From: Yuukianura sp. NJ FZ-2021
Lineage: Eukaryota
Length of the DNA: 64,000 nt
Direction of reading: 5' to 3'
Assembly: GCA_046563655.1 (NCBI GenBank)
Contig: CM102287.1
Coordinates: forward strand, 8,122,001-8,186,000
Shown: positions 14,417 to 26,852 of the stretch, piece by piece
Layout: the number at the start of each line of letters is the position of its first letter
Numbering within the stretch: the stretch's first letter is position 1
Notes under the pieces: generated by a model
Databases searched by the model: none
The model's input: the letters and a program-made list of their open reading frames with translations, nothing else
What the model was told of the DNA's origin: nothing
Made by a program: the position numbers and the translations under genes

Positions 14417-14533
14417 TCATGGCCCGTTTTGGTCATGGAGCCCGCCGCCCATTTTTGCCGCCTGGGCTTGCTTCTCCTGCTCATTCAGCTCCTTGATTGC
14501 TTGAATTTCCTTCTTGAGTTTCATACGACGATT
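14417..14533 (-). CDS. Ubx: Ultrabithorax coding exon 3 (end of homeodomain, UbdA motif, QAQA, stop)
   Basis: Acceptor ATTGCAG|AAT CGT CGT ATG. Encodes NRRMKLKKEIQAIKELNEQEKQAQAAKMGGGLHDQNGP* with TGA at 14419-14417. Too short for the ORF track, so it was read manually. Confidence 0.96.
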   Translation of the reverse strand, partial: NRRMKLKKEIQAIKELNEQEKQAQAAKMGGGLHDQNGP

Positions 14534-15056
<523 letters not shown>

Positions 15057-18000
15057 CTACTTCAAAGCGTTAAACCTTGACCTCTGACCCAACCAAAATT
15101 CAATTCTCCTTAATTCGGGAACCCCCTAATCCTCGGAATCCGGCAGATCAATCTTAGTTTTCTCCTGATCTTGATCCCTCTCCATCAATTCTCATCTCGA
15201 GTCCAAGGGACTTCAAATTATGGGACAGAAAATTGAAGTAAATGAACTTACGAGTCCAGGGAGACTTCAAATAACGTTAGACCCATCCATGACCTCATCC
15301 ATACATTTCCTCTTCAAAGTCAAAAAAACGCCTTGAGTCACTAATTTAAAACAGCGCAGACGCTTTCTCCTTGCTGCCCACCCATATTTATTTTTAAGTT
15401 CTAAAACATTACGCAACTTGGCAAAGCGTCACTCAGGAAGTTACAAATCAAATCTGACGAAACAATTTTTGTTTTAGAAGGTTCGGTTTTGACAAGAATC
15501 CAAAGTTGAGTGAAAATCATAAAACATGGGAAAAAATGATTGAAACTCATCGTTCAATTCGATAACTCTATAAACTAATTTTGTGTTTTCAATTTTTGCG
15601 TATTCTTCTTTTCAAATTTTTGTTTTTGAGTCTAACTTCACACGGTTTTTCAAAAGTTGATTAAAAAATTATCAAACTCTACAAAATAGGTGCTGAAAAG
15701 CTTGAAAGGTCGAAAAATTATTTAAACTCAATGCAGAACTAGTAAACAAATAATTTTTCTGCAACTAAAGGAGGGACTTAAGGGACGTGCTCAAGCTATG
15801 AAAAAAAGAACTTCTGGTTTTGCCAATTCCTTAATATTTTTTCGGTGGTATAAAACGCCAATCCATCATGGAAAAATGGCATGCCGTAATTCAATTTTTT
15901 GTAACATACACGCGGAATTGTTGTTTTTTGAAAATTGGATTTGCGGTTGGACCATTTTTTAGAACAAGTTTATTGCTTCGGATTGGATCGTCGGGAAAGT
16001 GTGAAAGAGAGATGGGAGGAGGGGTAAAAAAAAGTAATTTCTCATTATTCCCATTATCTTGATAGGAAATTATTGGAAGAAATCCCAGTTGGATTATAAA
16101 ACTAGAAGCTACGCAGTAGCAGCTTTTCCAGTTTTAGCAAACGGCTGAGCCACTACCAGCACTACCGTCATGGTGGCAACTGTGACCCTCCTGCACTTCC
16201 CTCCCCGCCCCACCCTCAAGCCACTTCCATTGTAATTGCTCCTCGAAAAAACAGAAAAAGTTTCGAATCTTTAGAATTGTGGAGGAGGCAGGCGGATCTT
16301 AATAGTTCCTTATTTCGATCTTCCCGAAAAAAAAAGTGCCTAGGCACAGCAGTTTTTGAGTAAGAAAAGAAGCCTGGAGGCTCCACTTTCTCCAGTTTGT
16401 GTTATGTTACCAACTGCTACGCTGTGAAAGTAGAAGATTGGTGCTTAATGGCTAGAATTGGTCGTCTGAGACTTTCTGGAAGGAGCGACAGGAGGGGGAT
16501 TAATTGGGCAGATGAGACGGATTTAGGCAAGTAGACTTATGGGAAAAGTGAACTTTCTCAGTGCCACGCACTTTCACCCACCACGCCCTCCAGTCTAACC
16601 TAACATAGCCTAACCAAACTCATCAACGATCCAAACACTTTCAAGTGGCTCCCGGAAGCACCCTAACTATGTAGCTCTGAATAACTAATCAAAATCATTT
16701 GTTCTAAAGTCTTAAACAAATCGTTCAACTCACACTACGCTTCACTTTAAACAACCTAAATCTTATTTTCTAACTCAAATAAGATTCTTCTAAAGAATGG
16801 AATTTGCATGCGAAAACATAACTTTAAATTTCAGTGCAAAATGACACCGTAAAGTATAACTAAGCTTTCCATCGACATTTAACTACAACAAAGTAAACTG
16901 GATGACTGTAAATTAAGACTAGTTTCTTATGTTTCTATGTTTTCACACAAGAAATGTGAAACTGAAAATTCTTTTTAAAAACAGTCATTTGGAAATCCAT
17001 TTAAACAAAAAGTTGTGAAAAAGGTCATAGGTCACCGACAAAAATTTTTTGTTGAGGAAGATTGAGTTGTGTGCGGCCCGTGAAGATGATATTTTAGTTA
17101 TTTTTTGGGAAATGGTGAAAGGGTTGAAGGAATAAGATGGTTGTGCTGATTTGGATGCCAGGCGAGTGGGAAAATGTTCAAAATGGAAAGTGGTGCTGGA
17201 GGAGGCTGGTGAGTCTTTTGCCATTTCGCTCCAAGGGAGATCACTTTGGGCAAGGAATCCTATCGGCCCAAAGTTGTCAAGCCAAAGTCCCAAGTCGACT
17301 GGATTTATGGCCTTAGTTTCGACGCCATGATTTAATGTCCCCTTTTTACACACCCGAACGATGGCACAAGGACTTCTTCCTATCTGTTTTCTAGCTGGGA
17401 GGAACTTACAAAGCAGGCGACTGGCCACACGGAGGGGAAAGCTCAAATAACTTTAGTCTCCCACAATTTCCAAAATTTCGGAGAAAACCTTATCAACTCT
17501 CTCCGAGAGGTTTCGCGTGCTAAGTTAGGGCACGCTGCGTGCCTAAAGTAACGTTGCAGTCCCGGATCAACTGGCGTAGGAAATTGCTTCATTTTTATAT
17601 AAAAAGTATGAGGCCAATCCATCTCAACCAGCAACGTATAGTGTCGTAGCCCACACAACACACAGAATGCAGACGATTACAGCACGAAAACTTTTTAGTC
17701 GGAATTTGAAATCAGGAATTTCAAATTTGTAGTTTGTTTTCCGGCGTGTAAGAACTTTGCATTTGCAAATTTTGACCAAATGTTAAGCTATGTGTTCAGC
17801 TTCTTTTTGTGTTTTGATAATTTTGAGCCACGGTGTAAAAGTTTCCGCTGTACGGGGACATACACCTTGGAATTATTTTGGGGAAAGCAAAAAAAGTGCG
17901 GGGAAAGTTGAACCGTTCAGAAAGCAATTGTGCTTTCCCCTCGCCCTTCCTTCACCCTACCCTAACCTATGATGATCAAACTCAATAAAGGAGACAGCCA

Positions 18001-20167
18001 TTATGATCTTACTTTTGGCCAACAACTCAATCAATCCACCATCCAATCCAGAGGGGTCAAACCCCTAAGTGACCTCACACGCCCCCCATTCAAGTACTCT
18101 CAAACATAATAATAGGAAGGGGGACCCTTTATGCAAACACCACTGATTTATGTCCGATTCCAAACTAAACAAAAGTAGAACAAATTTCCAAATCCAAAAA
18201 TTCAAATTTTGAAACCAAACAAACATAACATCTACTTGACCCAAAATTTCAAGGGTCAGTAGATGAGAATAGAGTTTTGATTAAGTCAGAGGGACCCTTG
18301 ACATGGCCCAGTTGATTTAAATTACAGTTTGTGCGGTTGAATAACTTTAGATTTTGAATTGATATTCCGCAAGAGTAGATTTTCAAAATTCAGAACCCTT
18401 GAACTGGTTAAGCGTTCGGTGGGAAGGGAGTGGGCTGATTGTATTGACTCGGGCAGTGGGCCAGAATTGAATTTTAGTGCCCTTAATGGCCTCTCTTTGG
18501 TTGTCTTAATTGAATCTTAAGTTAAGATTTAGAGGAGCCCTTAATGAAAGGAGAAGAAGATGAAGGGTTTTGTTTAAAAAGAAATGGAAAGCAGGAGTCA
18601 TCAGTCAACAAGGGAAGGACTTAAGTCCTTCCCTAGGTCAACCCTTCATCACTAGCTTCAATTTCAAAAGCTTCCTGTTTTTATACATTAGGTTAACTCG
18701 AAGAATACAAAATTGGGCTTTTCCTCGGTTTTTGATTGAAAACAGACTGTAAGTGCGTGGGCAGTTGAAGTGGAGAGAGTTTAAGGGAGGGGACCCTTAT
18801 TTGTTTTTTATTTGAAAGGGAGTGAGAGATTACCAGATTGGAAATTTACAAGAAAAGTACAGGATTTATACTTCAATTGAAAAATAAAGTGGTTCCTAAA
18901 TGATGGCTCTCAAATCTTTCTACTTCATCTCCAACGTCCCAATATTTTCTATTATACTCAACACAAACAATTTTATATTAAATATTATAATTATTTAAAA
19001 TTAATTAAGTTAATCCTTTCAATTTCGAAATGTAACGCAATATGTATGATGAAGCATTTCACGCAACTTTGTGAAAGTAGTGTAGTTCGCCCAGGAAAAG
19101 CCAAATTAAAATCTCCACTAGCGCTTAACTTTGTCAAGAAAGTGTGAATTAGTTTATGTAAATGAGGGGGCCCTTAACAATGGAAACCAAAGCGTGGAAG
19201 TCTTGTGTTGTTTGTATTTTGAAATTTTGAAATGCATTTGAAATTTTGAAATGTTGTTTTTGTGTGTTGTTGATAGTCTACAAATGGAGATACAGGCCCC
19301 TGATAAGTGGGACTTGAAGGGTCCAACCCTTGTTCTCAACTTCTAAATCCCTCTTGATTGTTTCTTTCTATTTTCAAACAAATTTCTACTATTGATCCTT
19401 TCCTTTGACTTTTCAAAACAAAATTATACTGTTTGAACAAGTCTTTTGAATATTCAAAACTTGTGTTAAGGGACGGACTTTTCTGGGTGACTGATTTTGT
19501 AAGAATTGGATTGGTTAGGTTCGCTTTGTCCTAAAATTTAAACAATCCTTGGTATGATTGGGGAAGGAAGTGGGCTTTTCAAAATTTGAATTTGCGCATT
19601 TTTGTTTTATGTTTTCAAAAAATTTCAAATCATGTTCCAAGCCAAATTTTGAGGTTGTGGTTCGCATTTGCTAGACAAAAGTGACACTGTTTGTAAGATT
19701 TAGTGAGTTCGGGGCACTACAACTGGTCCTTCCAGTTTCCTCCAACTAAAAGCATGTTCTGCTGAATTTTAACTTTTTGAGAGACGCAGCACTAGACTAG
19801 AGTCGGATATTATTAAAAGACTTGGAAGAATTCTCCTTTTTCTTCACGCCTCATGTACAAGATTTAGTAGTTGGAACTGTACTAGGAGGCATGCAACGCA
19901 CATTTCCATTCGTCTAATTATGAAGAGCCCTTGGCCAAAAAAGCATAAGGAACAACTAAAGTCCCACCAAAAGTCTTTTTTAGTCCTTTGGATGCTTTAT
20001 AATCTTAAATTTTCTACCACTTTTCATTTTGCCAAATTCGGTCCGTAACACTTCAAACACAGCAATTGCAATGTTAAAAAAAATTATAAAAATTGTGTTC
20101 AAAATCAAGAATGTCAACTATTATAGGTAACTTTGATACTTTCTGTCACTTTACCACAACAAGATTT

Positions 20168-20814
20168 GGTTGAGGTAAACTTTAACGGAACGCATTGTAG
20201 CCGCACAGTGTAGCCGCCGGCGGCCATCTTGAGTGGCTACAATGGGTGGCTACGCTTGGGCGGCAACATTTGTAGCCGCCCGAGAGAAATTTTGCCTTGT
20301 CGCCACTCTACTGTAGCCGCATATAGTAAATAATGCTGGCAACACTGTTTAGGAATTTAGGAAAGCTTATCCTGTATACAGACGTAATCAGTATTGCGAA
20401 CTTTAAAAAACCTAACTCCGCGCCTCCGGCGCGGGAAAACATAACAGGATTTAAGATTTACTGAATCAAAAAGAAATGGTTGCCAGTTTAATATTATTTG
20501 CTGTTACATTCGGAGAATATAGTTTCATTTTCCCGCGCCGAAGGCGCGGCGTTAGGTTAGGTTAGTACTTAACAATAGTGATTAGAATTGAGGTTTTGTT
20601 TTAGGTTATTGTATCTCGAGACCAAATTCTAAAACATGGTTGCCAGCGTTATTTAGCATGTGCGGCTACAATTGGGTGGCGACAAGGGAAGTTTTCTCAC
20701 AAGCGGCTACAAATGTTGCCGCTCAAGTGTAGCCACCCATTGTAGCCACTCAAGATGGCCGCCGGCGGCTACACTGTGCGGCTACAATGAGTTCCGTTAA
20801 AGTTTACCTCAACC
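20168..20814. mobile_element. Non-autonomous DNA transposon (MITE/fold-back), 647 bp, ~194-bp TIRs, 8-bp TSD
   Basis: Left end GGTTGAGGTAAACTTTAACGGAAC... is the reverse complement of right end ...GTTCCGTTAAAGTTTACCTCAACC, with 1 mismatch in the first 86 bp. TIRs span ~20168-20361 and ~20622-20814. CAAGATTT is duplicated at 20160-20167 and 20815-20822. GC-rich versus flanks, no ORF. Confidence 0.95.
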
Positions 20815-23800
20815 CAAGATTTTAACTAAAAATTTCACTTTTTCTGTCAAATTCTGAAATGAAATTAATTTGAACGATGTTAAACCTAACATTTTTTTTT
20901 GAATTAGTTGAACCAATTTTCATCAACGCACTTTGAAAGTGTTTTAGTTTTGGGCGTATTTGTCTCCTCGTTAGCCCAGGGCCCTTGGAAAACTTGAAAT
21001 TGGATTCTTGTGGCCCAGTACATGCGGTGTAGGAGGTGATAAGAGCAGATGGACTTAAGGGAGGGCCCTTCATCTTGAGAGGAACATGGACCAAATGAAG
21101 CTGGAATGAATCACTCCAGATCCAAGTCCATTTCCTTTGGTTCCTCATTAGAGCAGGGAAGGTGTGGGAAGGACCTTAAGGGCTCCTTTCATTGGAGAAC
21201 ACAAACCATAAATCCCCGTTTCTGCCACTCAACCATCACCGTATGGAAAGCATTCCTTAATTAGTGGAGTGTAAATGAGTCTTAAGGGCCCTGGTGCAGA
21301 GCCCTTGAGTCTCAAATTCTAAACAAAACTGAACCAAAAGAACCAATCACGAAACAACTTCGAAAGTTACGGTTAGTATGAAGGACGCAAAATTTTCAAA
21401 ATTTGCGTTAGTTAAACCTTAAACCCTGGTTGAAATAATATAAGATGTGATCGGCCAATTATTTGAGTATTTCTTCAGTTTGGATGAGAATTTCGGATTC
21501 GCGAAAACTTAAAATTTGTTAAATTGTTTAATACTGTTTAAATTGTTTAATTTTGTTAAATTTAAACTACATTTTAAGTCAACGTTATTTAGGCGGCAAA
21601 TGTGAAATTCTCGGTTTCAAAGTTGATACTTGAGACTGTTGTGGACATACGTAAACCACAAAATATATTTTGGAAGGGTGATGTTACAGAAATTGAGACT
21701 TTGGACTTGGTTTTTTTTTCAAGAATTCCTTGGCTAGCTCATGCTTCGATGGTTTCTTACTTTATTATTAGGCCTCTTTCTGTAAGAAAACAAGCCATTA
21801 ACACATGTTTTGCATCTACAGTCCGATCAATCATCTCCCATCTCTGCACAACCGGAACTTGTTTCAAAAATAATAAATTCTAATCCAAAAAGCAACGCAT
21901 CTTTTCATTTTTAACACAAACGGTTTCAAATTCAAAATCAAATTCTAAAATTCTTTCCAAATTTTAAAAAGAAAGCGAAAAAACTGGAATTAGGAATTTT
22001 TTGTTCCCGAATGCGGCTTATTTCTAATTAAAAAACATAGAAATTTTTGCTTCCCAACATCGACTTATTTCTATTTCGAAAAAATTCAAATAGAAATTCG
22101 AATCTTGCGTCCTCCCTCTTTTTCTTCATTTGAAATAAAAATCCAATTATAAGTAGAAATTATAAAAGCGTAAAATTAGAATCCTGAAGATCCTTTGATA
22201 TGCCCCTGGAGCATGGAAATTACACTCTTTCTCCTAAACATTAAATTTTTCCAACTCCTGCATCTTCAAAGCTTTCCCAAGTTCAAAAAAGTATCAAAAG
22301 GGGTTCTCAAAAAACTTTTTTTTTTTGAAAGTTGAGACAATGTGCGGATAAAAGAAAAGACGTGTCAGGGATAACTTATGGAGATAAAGCTTCGGAACCA
22401 ACAGCTATACGGTTAGGTTACTACTTTTTTTGAAGAATGAGCGAAGCGAATTTCTTCATTTCGCTTGCACCGCCGCGGTGCAGAAGAAACCCTCCAGGGT
22501 TTTGGAAAAGAAGGAATTGGAGTTGGTCATAAATTTGTCTATAAACTCCTTTTGGGCTCTTCCGACATGAGGAGAGATGGGAAATGGAGATTTAAGGACA
22601 CAACTTTCTCTTTTTTTTACTTTTGGGGAGAAAGTGGGGGGAAAGCTACTAGATTGGTTAGGTTAGGCGTTAGGCAGAATGGGGGGAAACAGTAGCTGTT
22701 TTTTTAGTTACCCCAACGGAGAAAGTATGGAGAAAGAAAAAAAAGCTGAGAGACTTTACGATGAATAGACTATTATCAAATGGCAATTTTCCGCCTCAGT
22801 TTTTATAACCTAACGTAAGTGACGCTACTTTTTCGGTTCAAGTGCTGGAATGGGTTGAAGCGTCTGCGCAGAACCTCATCTCCAGTGCATATCTATCCAT
22901 CTTTAGAGATTTACATTCAAAAGCGTCACGGAGTTAAAGCGTTTCCGCTGCACTTAGGCTACTTTTCTACACCCAAATTGCTCAAAGCAATCAAGACTTT
23001 CTTCTAACCTGCAAAAACATTTTCGTGTCACAGCAGGAGGCGTTGAGAGCACTTTGCAGCAAGCGCTGATCGTTTCTCTGCCAAAATTTTCTTTAAAGCA
23101 TCTGCGCGCGAAGAGTTATTTGGTGGTGATTTGTTTCCAAATTAATCACGAAGGTTAGTCTTTTGGCCATATGAGGAGTCTTTGGCAACAGAATTAGTTA
23201 GGTTTTGGAAGAAGAGTTACACAAAAATTTCCATCCTGATGAGCTAACGTTTTCGTGTTAGTTTGGTGTATGATGTTAGGCTATGTTGGCCATGTTGAAT
23301 AAGAATGTCCAAACTATGGCCTTGATTTATGGAAGACAACATAGGGATCCTCGGCTGTGCATAATTCATGTTGGCAAACCCATAACTCATCTTCCCAACA
23401 AAAAATCATCATCATCCATATTAGTTTCGGCCAAGATTTAAAGTTTTTGGAAGTGCAAGATCCTAGCACAGCTTGGATTTTTGAACCATCCACGCATGCC
23501 CAAGCAGTCAACTTATGTAACCAAATCGGAAGTGATCTTTGGTGGTGACAAATTCCTTTGAACAGTGCGTTTGTACCACCTAAAGGCTTGAAATTCCTTG
23601 ACTTGCGTATAGTTACACGTTGTGTTGTGGTTTCTCAAACGTGCCTTCAAGGAAGAATGGAGATTCGTTTTCGTTCGTGCATAAAGTTTAAAATATTTGG
23701 AGACGACTAGAACTTTGTATTGGAAGGTGATGAAGAGGGCTTTGAAGCGGCAGGCGGTTGAAATTTAAGAAAAAGCTGAACGTTTTATGATACCGCGCTT

Positions 23801-26800
23801 CGGCAACGTCTTCATCACTTTTCAATTTAAATTGGCCAGTGCACTTCAAGTTGCATGTGAAACTTTCAGAACAACTGCTTAGTAATGCTTATAGCTAAAA
23901 AACGAAATTCAAGAAGAATTTAACTCTAACACGCCGTTCAATAAAGCCTGGCCCGAAATCATAATTGTTTTTTTAAATTTTAAGTTTGTCTAGAGATACT
24001 ATGAGTCTTGATTCATTTTTGAATTTCAAATTATTGACAAGAAAAATCACCCGCCGAAACAAAAGGCACTTTCACCAATTTTTCTTAAGTTTATGAAGTT
24101 GAGCGATTGATATTGATTTTTTTTTTGTATAATTTTGAATTTCGTAATTTTGGAAAAATTGTGAGAATTGGTTGATTGTTTTGACTTAATCTGAAAGTGA
24201 AATCTAAAAATGGATTATTGAGATGTTAGTTTGGAAGGAATTGACTATTATTAAATCATGGTTTGTTTCTCTAGCCTTTTGTCTCATAAACAACATCCTA
24301 ATGACTCTGTTCCATTCAATTCCTACGAATTGACTTTGGTGGGTCATAAATCCACCAAACATAGGAGGACTCTATCTCTCTCCTGCCCCACCATTGAATT
24401 ATCCCACCAACTTGTCAATTATTTCTGAGGAGTCCATTTCCATTTCATTCAACCCCACCTTAGTCCAAGGGACTCTCTTCCTTCTAATGGAATTTCTAAT
24501 GAAGTCATCTCTCTTTCAATCCAATATTCAAGACAGCAGCTTATAGCAGGAACTTCCTTCCGCATTGTCTTTTGGCCTTCCTTCATTTGTCAAATTCCAC
24601 TTTCTTTTGTTTTGTTCTGAACAGAGAGAAATGAATTGAAGGCTGTTTGAACAAATCCAAAACGGGAGACAAAAGAATTTTTTGCTGTACAAATTATTTT
24701 AAAAAGAAAAGCTTTGCCTGGTAGGCTGACCACACCCACTCCAGGTTTCTTCCATTTTGGTAGGCAAGTCTTATCGAAGTGATCAACCACTTAATGTTAC
24801 ACTTCCGTTAAAACGTTAATGACTTCATTAATTACAACAGTGTGAATCACGTTCCAAAAAAAATTTGATTCCCACATAGCATAACATTTATCTCAAACAT
24901 GATTGTACTTTGCAAAAACAGCATTGTATTTCAGTTAAAACTGAATTTTCAGAAAAGCAAGAGTTTAATGTAGAAAAAATAAATTGTGATTCAAGTGCTT
25001 ACTGAAATGAATTAGCAAAGTAGGACCTTTGAGTCATTCGTTTTTAATTGTGAAAGCTGGAAGTTAGAAATTTTGGGACGGAGTTTTGCGAATTTTGTGA
25101 GTTCCTTGAGGAGAAAGTGTGAAGAAAGGGGGGACTTGAAGTAAAAGTTGATTAGAGCTGTGCGTTGCATAATTCGAGAGTCCTTAGTGCCAGGATTAGA
25201 ATGTAATTAACATCCACCATTAATCAGACATTAATTAATGGACGCCAGAAGAAGCTCCCCTCACTTCCTTCCCTGCGCCCTCCTCCCTCCTTCCTAATTC
25301 TTTCTAATTCCAAGCATGAATTCATTTCACTCATTTCCCAAATGAATTCAAATCCAAAATTTCACAGGAATAAGGACCTTGCATACTAATTCCTTAAGGC
25401 CTCAAAGGTCATGCGTCTCTTCCTCCTCAAACCGCCTGCAGTTTGAACTTGCGTTGTTCAAAAAAAAAATTCAGTTCTGATATTTTCAACTGTCGAGTGT
25501 CAAAATCGCACAAATTTTTTAAAACCGCTGGTGTTGGTGTATTTCGTATGTGATAAGTTTACTCTTCCATAAATACATATGTACTTGCTCTCGCTAGCCG
25601 GTTTGCCATTAAAATTTCAAAATTTTGAAGTGAAACTAGGAGTAGCAATAAGAAGTTTAAGAATTTTAAATTGAATTGTTCTTATTATTTGCCTGAACCG
25701 GGAGCCCTTAATTCTTCTAAATTCCTTTAATTATTGTCTTAGTTGAGACAATGTTTATGTGGGGGCAGATGGAACAGGATTTAAAACCCAAGTCCCCTAA
25801 GGCCTGTCTCGCTTCGCCATTCTCCCCTTCTCTTAATAACTTTTTCTCCCCATTTTCAAAAACGAGAGAAAAACCGAAATTCGGAGTTTTCTTGGGGGAG
25901 GAAGTCGGATGAGTCGGACAAAATTAGGAAATGTGTTTTATTACACTGTTGATCATTGCACCCTCGTGGACTCTAAATCATCACACCTTGGAACAAGAGC
26001 TACCGCTTACACCTCACCCCTTCAGAACGCTCCGCCCCTTTTCAAAAATTGTTCAAAAAAGTTCAATTTAAAAAATGCAACTCGGTAACTTTTTGGAAAT
26101 TGGTATTTTGCAGACTTCGGATTTTCCAAACTTTCGATTCTAGTTCATTTTCTGTCTTTTTTCTATTAACAATCGGAGAACTGCGCCTTAAGATGCGTTT
26201 GAAGTGGAATCGACAAGGTCAGTGCCGGGCTTTGGTTCGAGCCGCCATTGCGTCCGGTTTTGCGGGAAGTGGAATTTGACGTAATGCGGGTATTATCCGT
26301 TAGAAGGGGAATAATGGACACTTTACAGTCCATTTAATGGTTGGTTGAGGAATTTATGGTGTCAGGGAATGGCCCTTGGACTCTAAGTCCAAGGAATCCG
26401 TCTTACCACTTCCACAACAACCATAACCCAATACACTTCTGATGGCTACAATAATGGTCAAAGTCCCCCACCTCATTCCTCATCATCTTTGCATTGGGAA
26501 AGCTTCCAGAGCCTTAGATTTAGCAGTTTCTAGGAAACTCAAAGAAAAGAAGCGTACTTTGTTCTATTGACGGTGGAGGAGAAAGGAGATTCGGAGGATT
26601 TAAGGATTGGCGCAGGAGAAAGCAAGGCCTTAAATTCCCGCCCGCTCGATAAAAAGTGAAAGTGATGTAATGCGATGCTAATGGATTTTCCTTTCCCTGT
26701 CGAACATTAAGAGGAACACTTTATCATACCAGATCCGTTTCCAAAAACCAAACTAATGGCGATAGATTTCTTTTTTTTACTAAAATTCCAAAAACAAAAA

Positions 26801-26801
26801 A

Positions 26802-26852
26802 TTCGGTATGAAAATTGGGAAAATTTTCGGTATGGAAAATTGGAAAATTTTC
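26802..26852. repeat. Two-copy tandem repeat, period 24 bp
   Basis: TTCGGTATGAAAATTGGGAAAATT followed by TTCGGTATGGAAAATTGGAAAATT. Confidence 0.8.

Noticed and set aside
16985..17446. Longer ORFs in the track (153 aa here; also 29912-30355, 49063-49488, 51134-51466, 58590-59057)
   Set aside because: No recognisable domains, low-complexity F/K/L/S composition and often non-ATG starts. These are consistent with chance ORFs in non-coding DNA.
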